Assembly (NCBI GenBank): GCA_023128825.1
Contig: JAGMDF010000109.1
Location: forward strand, 1 to 63,122
Reading direction: 5' to 3'
From: a candidate division WOR-3 bacterium
Lineage (GTDB): Bacteria > Hydrothermota > Tepidihabitantia > B3-TA06
Length of the DNA stretch: 63,122 nucleotides
The notes beneath the pieces are model-generated. The model saw only the letters and a program-made list of their open reading frames with translations, had not been told where the DNA came from and did not search any database. The position numbers were made by a program, and so were the translations under genes. Of this stretch, positions 17,510-25,974 are shown piece after piece (positions within the stretch are counted from its first letter, which is position 1; each line of letters starts with the position of its first letter).

Positions 17510-17817
17510 GGAAATCACCCCTCCCAGCCTCACCCCCTGCCTTCCAACTCCCCTGCACCTACTTCCCCACACCCTCGTCCCTTCCATTGATTCTCACCAC
17601 TTTCGATTCTGATTATCTTCTCTCCCCTGTTTTTAGTTGAGCAATTATCGTGCCAAGTAGGCCCTCATCCAAACAACGCATATACAAGGATTCCGGACCC
17701 GGATCCCAAGGAAAGCCACGGATTCTTAAGGATAAGGATAATCCTGTTTCACAACCGGTAAAATCACGTGATGCAACCAACAGCTTTTTGACCACCTATG
17801 AATTTGCCAATCCATCG

Positions 17818-17845
17818 TTGACATAACCCTTTTCCCGGATAGAGT
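17818..17845 (+). promoter_or_regulatory. sigma70-like promoter (TTGACA-N16-TAGAGT)
   Basis: The GTG start of the GNAT gene is 6 nt after the -10. It matches the promoter at 49460-49487 at 23 of 28 positions. Confidence 0.45.
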
Positions 17846-17851
17846 CAGGGT

Positions 17852-18289
17852 GTGCAGGAGATCGTAATCAAGCAACTTACCCCGACCGATTACGAGAGGA
17901 TAATCGAGCTTTGGGAGCGTGCCGGGATGCCTGCAAGGCCCAGGGGCCGCGACTCTTATAAAGAGTTAACCAAACAGATGGAGAAAAACCCAAAGTTCTT
18001 CTGGGGCGCGGAGATCAAAGGCGAACTGATAGGCGTGATCGTAGCTTCAAGCGACGGCAGAAAAGGCTACCTTAACCGAATCGCGGTCCAGGCTCGCTAC
18101 CGCGGCCAGGGCATCGCCCAGAGACTTACGCTTGCCGCAGAGGATACTCTGAGAAAGGAAGGGATAAAGGTCATCACCTTGCTCGTCGAGCGCGATAACA
18201 TCCCGAGCATTCAGTTGGCTCACAAGCTGGGCTACGTTCAACACCCGGACATAATCTACTTTTCAAAAAGGGAATCGGAAGAGGATTAA
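17852..18289 (+). CDS. GNAT-family N-acetyltransferase
   Basis: Acetyl-CoA motif RIAVQARYRGQGIAQRL. Typical length of 145 aa. Confidence 0.88.
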   Translation: MQEIVIKQLTPTDYERIIELWERAGMPARPRGRDSYKELTKQMEKNPKFFWGAEIKGELIGVIVASSDGRKGYLNRIAVQARYRGQGIAQRLTLAAEDTLRKEGIKVITLLVERDNIPSIQLAHKLGYVQHPDIIYFSKRESEED

Positions 18290-18396
18290 CCAGTTCAGGG
18301 AAAATCGCAACATCTTGCCGGGATATTACGTCTAAGATATAGACAATCCGACTCAATCGTACGCTCGTATGCTTAAAAAAGAGTTCGATCATTGAA

Positions 18397-18422
18397 GGCC
18401 GGTGCTTGCACCGGCCTTTTTA
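18397..18422 (+). terminator. Rho-independent terminator
   Basis: ggccggtg cttg caccggcc stem-loop followed by TTTTT. Confidence 0.75.
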
Positions 18423-18486
18423 TAAAGATTGCAAGATAGACGCCTGTGATACACTCTGGACCAAAGGAAATACCTAAGACCTAAGG

Positions 18487-18588
18487 TGTGTTACGGGGCG
18501 TGTTGTGGGATGTGTTGCGGGTGTTACGGGTGTTACGGGTGTTGCGGGTGTTTACGGGTGTTACGGGTGTTACGGGGTGTTACGGGTG
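18487..18588 (-). repeat. R7 array (plus-strand reading GTGTT(A/G)CGG x about 10)
   Basis: gtgttacgg and gtgttgcgg units of 9-12 nt. On the minus strand they read CCGTAACAC and overlap the 3' end of fmt. Confidence 0.9.
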
Positions 18589-19526
18589 CCTAAGATCTCG
18601 TTTGCTTTTGGACGGTAGCCGTTTGCGAACGCTCGAGCGTCCATCTCCCTCCTGCCTTCCGGCTTGAGTTTTAGAACCTCAAGAAACCCTGCACCGCACT
18701 GAACCACGAGTCGACCGCTCTCTAAAGCCATGCTTCCCGGTACTCCTGCACCTTCCTCATCAGCCACCTGTGAGCGTACGACCTCAAGCCGCCTGCCACG
18801 AAACAAGGTGTAGGCCAGTGGTTCGGGCGAGAGTGCTCGAATCAGGTTGTGTATCTTTCCTACCGGCTCGGACCAGTCAATAAGTCGCTCTTCCTTGCGT
18901 ATCTTGGGCGCCGGGGTTATGCATTCGGTGGTTTGAGGAGAGGGTGTAAGCGTAGCATCTGCAAGCCCTTCGATTGTCTTCTCAACCAGATAGCCAGCTG
19001 CACGGCTCACGTGTTCGGCAAGATCGCCGCAGGTATCATCAGGTTCTATCGGAAGGGGTTCGGAGAGAAGGATGCCTCCTGCATCCACGCGCTCGTTCAT
19101 CTGGATAACGGTAATACCTGTTTCGACCTCCCCTGCCATTATAGCCCGCTGCATGGGAGCGGCACCTCTGTAGGCGGGAAGCAGGGAGGGATGCACGTTG
19201 ATCGCCCAGCGCGGGATTGAGAGAAGTTTCCCTGAGAGTATCTGACCGTAAGCGAAAAGGATGAAGACATCGGGCGAACGCGATCGGCACCAGCTTACCG
19301 ATTCGGAAGAGTTGACGTCCTGCGGCTGATAGACAAAAAGCCCCAACTCCAACGCTACTTCCTTGATCGCCGAGGGTTTCATCTTCCTGCCGCGGCCTAC
19401 CGGCCGGTCAGGGGAAGTAACAACCCCTGCCACCTCCCCAAATGAGACACACCGCCGCAAAAGGGGTATACCTATCGCGGCGGTGCCGAAGTAAAGAATC
19501 TTCAGGTTACTTCTTCTGTGAGACAA
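18570..19526 (-). CDS. fmt: methionyl-tRNA formyltransferase
   Basis: VTSPDRPVGRGRK, NVHPSLLPAYRGAAPMQRAI and a C-terminal beta-barrel domain. The last 6 codons and the stop lie inside the R7 array. Confidence 0.93.
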   Translation of the reverse strand: MSHRRSNLKILYFGTAAIGIPLLRRCVSFGEVAGVVTSPDRPVGRGRKMKPSAIKEVALELGLFVYQPQDVNSSESVSWCRSRSPDVFILFAYGQILSGKLLSIPRWAINVHPSLLPAYRGAAPMQRAIMAGEVETGITVIQMNERVDAGGILLSEPLPIEPDDTCGDLAEHVSRAAGYLVEKTIEGLADATLTPSPQTTECITPAPKIRKEERLIDWSEPVGKIHNLIRALSPEPLAYTLFRGRRLEVVRSQVADEEGAGVPGSMALESGRLVVQCGAGFLEVLKLKPEGRREMDARAFANGYRPKANEILGTRNTP

Positions 19527-19974
19527 CGGATTTGTCGATCTCCAATTCCGTCTTGTCGGCGGTCTTGATAATGAAGCTTTCCTCCTTCACCCTGGTGATG
19601 ATTCCGATTACGCCGCCGTTAGTGACGACACGATCCCCCCGGTTCAACGCCTGAAGCATCTCCTTGTGTTTCTTCTGACGCCTGCGCTGTGGCAGAATCA
19701 TAACGAGGTAGAATACAACGAGTATACCCAGGAGAATAACCCAAGTGATCCATGCCGGGCGCTTCTGTCCCTCTTCCCCGCCTCCAAAACATCCGCCTGC
19801 CAGGGGTTGCTGCTGGGGGGCCGGCTGCGGTTCTGCTTCTGTAGCCTGAACCTCGGGCTGGCCGGTTTCTGCCGGCTGAACCGCCTCGGTCGCTTGCTTT
19901 CCCGTCTGTCCAGGCTCAGCAGTGGGCGGGGCCTGACCTAAAAGCAGGAACATCAAAGCTAACTTAAGAATCAT
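19507..19974 (-). CDS. yajC: preprotein translocase subunit YajC with an N-terminal low-complexity extension
   Basis: The C-terminal 85 aa (ILPQRRRQKKHKEMLQALNRGDRVVTNGGVIGII...) match YajC. About 70 aa of Q/P/E/T-rich sequence precede them, behind a signal-like start. Confidence 0.85.
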   Translation of the reverse strand: MILKLALMFLLLGQAPPTAEPGQTGKQATEAVQPAETGQPEVQATEAEPQPAPQQQPLAGGCFGGGEEGQKRPAWITWVILLGILVVFYLVMILPQRRRQKKHKEMLQALNRGDRVVTNGGVIGIITRVKEESFIIKTADKTELEIDKSVVSQKK

Positions 19975-20295
19975 CTGTCCTCCAATTTCGTTTAATCTCT
20001 TATTCTACTCAAACGCGTCCCACTGTCAAATGCAGCACCTCGGCCTCGATCGAGTGTTCACGAATTACCCTGGCATCGGCGTGGCTCGGCACGTTGATGC
20101 GGGGTATGAGATAGCGAAGAAGTTCGTAGGGGCCGACCTTCAGGTCGTGCCGATCATATTATATTCGGGCCGATTTGACGCGAAGCGGCGTTTGAACGAA
20201 AACCCTGCCCACGCGTTTTTGTCATTGCACGGGCGTCGAAGACGCCCGAAGCACACGAAGCGACGAGGGCACGGAGTAATCTCATAAGAGGAAGA

Positions 20296-20460
20296 TATCA
20301 TCCCCCTTTGATCGCTTGTAATCCCCCTTTAGTTCCCCCTTAAAAAGGGGGACTGTTTTGCCCCCCTTCTGAAGGGGGGTGCCTGAAGGGCGGGGGGATT
20401 TAAGGGAGGTGGCCGCTCTAAAAAGAGCGGTCGGAGGGATCTGCCCCCCCCACCTCCCCT
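20296..20460. repeat. R6 cluster of C5-7/G5-7 hairpins
   Basis: Hairpins at 20335-20351 (cccccttaaaaaggggg), 20361-20379 (ccccccttctgaagggggg) and 20413-20430 (ccgctctaaaaagagcgg), plus three direct TCCCCCTT units. Confidence 0.8.
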
Positions 20461-20473
20461 CCTGTTCAGCCTG

Positions 20474-20501
20474 TTGACACCGAGAGCTAGCCATTTATAA
20501 T
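20474..20501 (+). promoter_or_regulatory. sigma70-like promoter for tRNA-Ala (TTGACA-N16-TATAAT)
   Basis: Consensus hexamers, with the tRNA 5' end 10 nt after the -10. Confidence 0.65.
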
Positions 20502-20511
20502 TCAATCTACC

Positions 20512-20584
20512 GGGGGCGTAGCTCAGCCGGGAGAGCACCTGCTTTGCAAGCAGGAAGTCGGCGGTTCGAGTCCGCTCGCCTCCA
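20512..20584 (+). tRNA. tRNA-Ala (anticodon UGC)
   Basis: Cloverleaf folded by hand. The acceptor stem GGGGGCG/CGCCTCC has the G3:U70 alanine identity pair. The anticodon loop is TTTGCAA and the T-loop is TTCGAGT. No CCA is encoded. Confidence 0.93.
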
Positions 20585-20586
20585 TT

Positions 20587-20706
20587 ATCACCCCACACGA
20601 TCGCTACGCGCTCGCGCGGGGACCCCATAAAATGCTCCTTTTCTCCTAAACGGAGAAAAGATCGCAGTTTGATTTTGTAGGGCCGATCTAAAGATCGGCC
20701 CTTTTT
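20587..20706 (+). repeat. composite repeat block R1(rc)-R2-R3 with a terminal T-tract
   Basis: tatcaccccac...gcggggacccc (R1), ATGCTCC-cttttctcc taaac ggagaaaag-ATCGCAG (R2, 20632-20667), then tGTAGggccgatctaaagatcggccc + TTTTT (R3, 20676-20706). Confidence 0.85.
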
Positions 20707-20718
20707 ATCTCCTCAATC

Positions 20719-20746
20719 TTGACAATCATCCAGCTCGGCCTATAAT
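20719..20746 (+). promoter_or_regulatory. sigma70-like promoter (TTGACA-N16-TATAAT) for the dtxR-feoAB operon
   Basis: Consensus hexamers. GGAGG SD at 20772-20776. Confidence 0.55.
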
Positions 20747-20780
20747 TAGTCCAGGTTAACTTTTTTAACGGAGGCTAACA

Positions 20781-21215
20781 ATGACCGCCCTCACCGAAGG
20801 ATTGCAGGATTATCTAGAGGCAATACTTCTATGCGAAAGAAAGCATCGCTTCGTTCGTACCAAGCATTTAGCCGAAAGGTTGGGGGTTAAAAGCCCGAGC
20901 GTTCATGCCGCAGTGAAGGAGTTGACTCACCTTGGACTTGTAGAGCATGAGAGCTACGGCCACATAGAACTCACTCCCGAAGGCCGCAAGGAGGCCGAGC
21001 TGGTCTACTCCCGCCACAAAACACTGTACCGGTTCTTTACCGACATACTTGATTTGCCTCGTGATCTGGCCGAGAACAACGCGTGCGGGATAGAGCATCA
21101 CCTGGATGAGATAACCCTTAAGAGATTAACCAGGTTTTTGGATTTCCTGGAACGAAAGATGAAGCAATCAGACGAATTTGCCAACGAACTCAAGGAGACG
21201 CTTAACAATGAGTGA
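20781..21215 (+). CDS. DtxR/MntR-family metal-dependent transcriptional repressor
   Basis: YLEAILLCERKHRFVRTKHLAERLGVKSPSVHAAVKELTHLGLV is a winged HTH, followed by the dimerisation/metal helix SRHKTLYRFFTDIL. Confidence 0.9.
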   Translation: MTALTEGLQDYLEAILLCERKHRFVRTKHLAERLGVKSPSVHAAVKELTHLGLVEHESYGHIELTPEGRKEAELVYSRHKTLYRFFTDILDLPRDLAENNACGIEHHLDEITLKRLTRFLDFLERKMKQSDEFANELKETLNNE

Positions 21216-21453
21216 GAAATTACTGACCGATCTTTCCGTAAACGAAGAGGCTGAGATCGTGGAGATAAGGGGCGGACGGGGTATGCAGGGCAGACTGAGG
21301 GCATTGGGGCTGGCAGAAGGACAACACGTAAAAAAACTATCCGGAGTGGGTTTTGGTGGACCGGTAATCATCCTCATCAATCGTGCCCAGGTAGCTATCG
21401 GACGAGGCATGGCCAGAAGAATAATAGTCCGTACCGACCACACCAATGGCTGA
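21208..21453 (+). CDS. feoA: FeoA-family ferrous iron transport protein
   Basis: LSVNEEAEIVEIRGGRGMQGRLRALGLAEGQHV is an SH3-like FeoA pattern. The ATG at 21208 has an AAGGAG SD. Confidence 0.88.
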   Translation: MSEKLLTDLSVNEEAEIVEIRGGRGMQGRLRALGLAEGQHVKKLSGVGFGGPVIILINRAQVAIGRGMARRIIVRTDHTNG

Positions 21454-23344
21454 AACCTGTCACGGAGTTACCCCTAAGAAAACCAACCGCGTATCTGCTG
21501 ACATCCTGCTTGTGGGTCAGCCCAACGTCGGCAAGAGCGTTTTGTTCTCGCGGATGACCGGCATACGCACCATCGCATCCAACTATCCGGGAACCACGGT
21601 CGGCTACACCACGGGCAGGATGCGGTTTGCAAACGATATCTATGACGTTGTGGACGCACCTGGGACCTACTCGCTTGAGCCTTTAGACGATGCGGCAAGG
21701 GTGGCCGTTAATCTGATTGATGACGCGGTGAGGATAATCAACGTGGTAGACGCCACCCATCTGGAGCGCCACCTGACCTTGACACTTGAGCTTTTGGCAC
21801 AGGGCAAGCCGATGGTTATCGCTTTAAACATGTCGGACGAGGCGCGGCATAAGGGAATAGAGATAGATGTAGCCAAGCTGGCCCAGCGGTTAGGCGTTCC
21901 GGTTATCCCCACCGTAGCAAGAACCGGCGAGGGGGTTAGGCGATTGATTCTTGCCACTCTGGCTCTTGATATCGACAAACAGAAGGTTCCCGGAATAGGT
22001 TACGAAAAAAAAGGAGGGAGGAGTGTTACGGGCCATCCGCACATACTCCATCACCCTGAAGCTAACCACAAGGGACACAAGCACATCCCGGAGCAAACCG
22101 TATGGCGCAGGGTCGGTAAGGTAGTGAACGAGGTACAAACCCTGCATAACCATCATCACACATTTGGCCAATGGCTGGAGGACGCAAGCGTCCATCCTGT
22201 GTGGGGCGGGTTGGTTGCAATGCTGGTTTTGGCCGTCTCCTTTATTTTAATCCGCATGATCGGCGAGTTCCTGATCGGAGGGGGTATCGGGATCGTAGGA
22301 AATCCCTGGGTCGAGCTCCCCTTCGGCACCGAGAAGTTGTTCGACGTGGCGTGGAAACCTGTAATGATGAAGCTCTCCGGGTTATTGGGTGAGGGAAGCT
22401 TCCTGCACAATCTATTTATCGGCCAGCTCATCGGCGGCCAGATAGACTTCATGCAGTCCTTCGGGATATTGACTTCCGGTCTGTTCATTCCGTTGGGAGC
22501 GGTGCTCCCATACATCGTAAGCTTTTACTTCGTGCTCGGACTTTTGGAGGATACAGGCTATCTGCCCAGGCTGGCGGTGTTTTTAGATAACGTCATGCAC
22601 CGGCTTGGTCTGCACGGGTATGCGATAATTCCGACACTTTTAGGGCTGGGCTGCAACGTTCCCGGGGTGATGGCGACAAGGATTCTGGAGACAAAGCGGC
22701 AGCGGTTCATAACCGCTACGTTGATCTCCATCGCCGTCCCCTGCGCAGCGCTTCAGGCGATGATCATCGGCCTGGTCGGTGACCGCGGGTTATGGCCGGT
22801 GGCTCTGATCTACGGCATCCTTTTTGTGGTGTGGATTGGCATCGGGTTGATCCTGCGGTTCACCTCCAAGGGGTTCAGACCGGAATTATTGATAGAGATC
22901 CCTCCCTACCGGGCACCTTCCTGGCGCGCACTTGGCTCCAAGCTGTGGATGCGGGTTACCGGCTTCTTGAAAGAGGCTTTACCGGTGGTGCTGGGAGCGG
23001 TGGTTGTTGTTAATCTCCTCTATCAATTCAACGTATTCACCTACATAGCCAGGGCCACAGCACCTGTGATGAGTTTCCTCTGGGGCCTGCCTAAGGAGGC
23101 TATCGTTCCATTACTGGTAGGGATATTAAGGAAAGACGTGGCTATCGGCATGTTCGCACCATTGAATCTGACAATCAAGCAGTTGGTGATAGGAAGTGTT
23201 GTCTTATCCATGTTCTTCCCCTGCATCGCCACGTTAGTGATTTTGTTCCGGGAGCTGGGCTGGAAGGACGGGCTGAAATCCATCGGCATCATGCTGGCCG
23301 CGGTGATAGTAGTAGGCGCGGCAATAAACCTCCTCTGGCCGTAA
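21446..23344 (+). CDS. feoB: ferrous iron transporter FeoB
   Basis: N-terminal G-domain (GQPNVGKS, DAPGTYS, NMSDE) followed by a polytopic membrane domain. Confidence 0.95.
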   Translation: MAETCHGVTPKKTNRVSADILLVGQPNVGKSVLFSRMTGIRTIASNYPGTTVGYTTGRMRFANDIYDVVDAPGTYSLEPLDDAARVAVNLIDDAVRIINVVDATHLERHLTLTLELLAQGKPMVIALNMSDEARHKGIEIDVAKLAQRLGVPVIPTVARTGEGVRRLILATLALDIDKQKVPGIGYEKKGGRSVTGHPHILHHPEANHKGHKHIPEQTVWRRVGKVVNEVQTLHNHHHTFGQWLEDASVHPVWGGLVAMLVLAVSFILIRMIGEFLIGGGIGIVGNPWVELPFGTEKLFDVAWKPVMMKLSGLLGEGSFLHNLFIGQLIGGQIDFMQSFGILTSGLFIPLGAVLPYIVSFYFVLGLLEDTGYLPRLAVFLDNVMHRLGLHGYAIIPTLLGLGCNVPGVMATRILETKRQRFITATLISIAVPCAALQAMIIGLVGDRGLWPVALIYGILFVVWIGIGLILRFTSKGFRPELLIEIPPYRAPSWRALGSKLWMRVTGFLKEALPVVLGAVVVVNLLYQFNVFTYIARATAPVMSFLWGLPKEAIVPLLVGILRKDVAIGMFAPLNLTIKQLVIGSVVLSMFFPCIATLVILFRELGWKDGLKSIGIMLAAVIVVGAAINLLWP

Positions 23345-23387
23345 CTTAGAGATGATCAGGTATAGGAAGTGGATTGCCGTAGCCAAA

Positions 23388-23426
23388 AAGTTAGTCTTAG
23401 CTAAGATGTTAAGGGTAAGCTAACTT
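23388..23426. promoter_or_regulatory. candidate operator: nested AT-rich palindromes upstream of the TonB-dependent receptor gene
   Basis: AAGTTAG (23388-94) and CTAACTT (23420-26) flank the 12-bp perfect palindrome TCTTAGCTAAGA (23395-23406). The site sits just upstream of a GTGACA-N18-TTATAA promoter-like site. Confidence 0.3.
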
Positions 23427-23479
23427 AAGTGACAAAGGAATTGTGGAAAGGATTATAAAAACCAAACAAAGGAGCCAAA

Positions 23480-25882
23480 ATGAAGCGAACGCAAATCGCT
23501 CTTGCCGCACTGGGGGTATTGCTTACTATGCTGAACCTCAGCGCCGCTAACGTAGGGGTTATTAAGGGAAGTATGAAGGACGCGGGAACCGGAGAACCCC
23601 TGGCAGGGGTAAACGTCATCGTGGAAGGCACAACCATCGGCACGGCCACCGACGTGGACGGCGACTTCATCATACGTAACGTGCCTGTCGGCAGGTGCAA
23701 GGTGGTGGCCTCCATGATAGGTTACGCACCGGTAACGAATAGAGTCGTGGTCGGCGCCGATAAACCGGTTGACGTTGACTTCAGACTCCGGCAATCGGCC
23801 ATCAGTATGGGCGCGGTGGTTGTAACCGGAACCAGGACGCCGCGGTTCATTGCCGACGTTCCGGTGCGCACCGAGGTCATAACCAGCGAGGCTATCCAGG
23901 ACAAAGCCGCTCCCGACCTTTACGAAGCCCTGGACGGTTCGGCAGGCATCCGTGTCGAACAGCAGTGCCTTTACTGCAACTTCAGTATGCTGAGGATGCA
24001 AGGGCTTGGCGCAGACCACACCCAGATACTGGTGGACGGCCAGCCTGTCTACTCCGGCCTTGCAGGCGTGTACGGTCTCCAGCAGCTTTCAACCGCCGAG
24101 GTGGAACGCATCGAGGTCACCAAGGGCGCAGGCTCGGCCCTTTACGGAAGCAGCGCCATTGCCGGTGCAATCAACGTCATAACCAAACGACCAACCAATG
24201 AACCAAGCATCTCCCTGGGCGTCGAGATGGGTTCCTACAATACCAACCGCTACCACTTCAACGCGTCTGCGCGAAAGAATTGCCTGGGTGTCACCCTTTT
24301 TGCCCAGCGTCACGGAGGCGCTATCATAGACCAGACCGCTGACGGCCTGAGCATGGCTGAGGTAAAGAACCCCGACGGCATCTCAGACCGGGTGGAAACC
24401 AACGTGACCAACGTAGGGTTCAGCGTAGTCGTAGATACCATTATCGGTCAGGATCAATTGACTATCCGCGGCAAAACCCTCCATGAGTTCCGGCTGGGCG
24501 GAGTTCTGGATGACGACCTCTACGAGAACCCGTTCTCCGCAGGCACGGAACGGATTATCACCGACCGCTACGAAGGTGAGACGGGTTATCTCAAGCGGTT
24601 CAGCTTCGGCAGCGAGATAAACGGAACCTTTGCCTACGTCCATCACAACCGCAACGCCACCAACGACACCTACCTTGGCGATTACATGGCTACGCACGCA
24701 GATACGATGCCTAATCTTGAAGAGATGCGTCCCTACATGGCCGCTGAAAACCTCTACACCGCGAACCTCAACTACCTGCAGCCCCTCGGCATGGCCCGTC
24801 TTCTACTCGGCCTTCAGTACTCGCACAACGACCTTACCGAATCAGGCAAGTACGTTGTGGTAGATGAGGATGACCCGCTGTACGGCGAGAGCTACACCTC
24901 CACCAGCGAGAAGAAGGCCGACGAGTTCGGCGCATACCTGCAGGGTGAGTTTGAGATAGCCGATCCCCTTGAGATAGTAGCCGGTGTACGCTACGACTAC
25001 CATCAATCCGAGGATAACTTCCGAGGTTCGGGCAACGTGGCCCCTGAAGGCGTCGAGCCGGTTCTATACGATGAATCCGCAATCAATCCGCGCCTCGCCG
25101 TGAAGTTTTCCCCGTTCTCCTTCCTGGTTCTGCGTACCAGCGCAGGCACCGGATTCAAGGTTCCCTACGGCTTCTCAGAAGACCTTCACCTGTGCAGCGG
25201 CTCTCCGCGCGTATGGAAGGGCGCTGACCTCGAACCTGAAAAATCAATAAGCTACAACCTGTCAGCCGATTTCAACATGGAAAGGTTCGCGTTGAACGTG
25301 AACGTCTTCCGCACCGACCTCGTGAACGCGGTCGGTCTCGTTGACGCAAGCGAGCAGGCCTCGGCCCTGGGCTACACCTACGAGTGGCAGAATGTGGACA
25401 ATGCCTACGTTCAGGGTATTGAACTTGGAGCCAGCGTTTCAATCCTTTCTTTCCTTGGAGTAAGCGCGGACTTTGCCATAAACGACGGTCAGTACGCAAA
25501 CGTAAGAGAAGACTGGGTAGGTACGGAATACGAGGACGCGAGCCGCTACATTCCCCGGTTCCCTTTGAATACGGGCGGCGTCTCGATTGACTTTGACCCA
25601 GGCGATTGGGACTTTACGCTCGGAGCCGACTATCAGGGCCCGATGTACATAGACTACTTTGCCGACGGCGAGGAGCCTACCATGATCAAAAAGACAGAAC
25701 CTCACGTACTCTTTGACGCCCGCCTGGCAAGGGGACTATTCAACAACAGACTCAACCTTTACGTAGGCGGAAAGAACCTTACCGACTACGTCCAGCCTGA
25801 GAAACACTCCGACGATGCGGCCTTTATGTACGCACCCATGTACGGCAGAATCCTGTACGCAGGCGTCGAGGTAACCTTCTGA
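23480..25882 (+). CDS. TonB-dependent receptor with N-terminal carboxypeptidase-regulatory-like domain
   Basis: Signal peptide, then a CarboxypepD_reg pattern (GTGEPLAGVNVIVEGT..TDVDGDFIIRNVPVG), a plug (VVTGTRTPR...) and a terminal aromatic residue (...AGVEVTF). Confidence 0.93.
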   Translation: MKRTQIALAALGVLLTMLNLSAANVGVIKGSMKDAGTGEPLAGVNVIVEGTTIGTATDVDGDFIIRNVPVGRCKVVASMIGYAPVTNRVVVGADKPVDVDFRLRQSAISMGAVVVTGTRTPRFIADVPVRTEVITSEAIQDKAAPDLYEALDGSAGIRVEQQCLYCNFSMLRMQGLGADHTQILVDGQPVYSGLAGVYGLQQLSTAEVERIEVTKGAGSALYGSSAIAGAINVITKRPTNEPSISLGVEMGSYNTNRYHFNASARKNCLGVTLFAQRHGGAIIDQTADGLSMAEVKNPDGISDRVETNVTNVGFSVVVDTIIGQDQLTIRGKTLHEFRLGGVLDDDLYENPFSAGTERIITDRYEGETGYLKRFSFGSEINGTFAYVHHNRNATNDTYLGDYMATHADTMPNLEEMRPYMAAENLYTANLNYLQPLGMARLLLGLQYSHNDLTESGKYVVVDEDDPLYGESYTSTSEKKADEFGAYLQGEFEIADPLEIVAGVRYDYHQSEDNFRGSGNVAPEGVEPVLYDESAINPRLAVKFSPFSFLVLRTSAGTGFKVPYGFSEDLHLCSGSPRVWKGADLEPEKSISYNLSADFNMERFALNVNVFRTDLVNAVGLVDASEQASALGYTYEWQNVDNAYVQGIELGASVSILSFLGVSADFAINDGQYANVREDWVGTEYEDASRYIPRFPLNTGGVSIDFDPGDWDFTLGADYQGPMYIDYFADGEEPTMIKKTEPHVLFDARLARGLFNNRLNLYVGGKNLTDYVQPEKHSDDAAFMYAPMYGRILYAGVEVTF

Positions 25883-25974
25883 GAAACCTGGAGTAAAGGG
25901 ATCGTACGAACCTTCAGTAAGAATGAGATGACCGGTCGGCCTGACGCTGGCCGGTCATCTTAAGGAAGGAGACT

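Noticed and set aside
17613-17795. 60-aa minus-strand ORF in the 340-nt spacer.
   Set aside because: It has no SD or promoter and lies upstream of the predicted promoter of the neighbouring gene. The spacer is better described by its polypyrimidine tract.
20030-20628. ORFs 20030-20287(+), 20282-20494(-) and 20329-20628(-).
   Set aside because: They are translations of REP-like elements (for example FVGADLQVVP from the R3 hairpin) or overlap the tRNA-Ala gene and its promoter.
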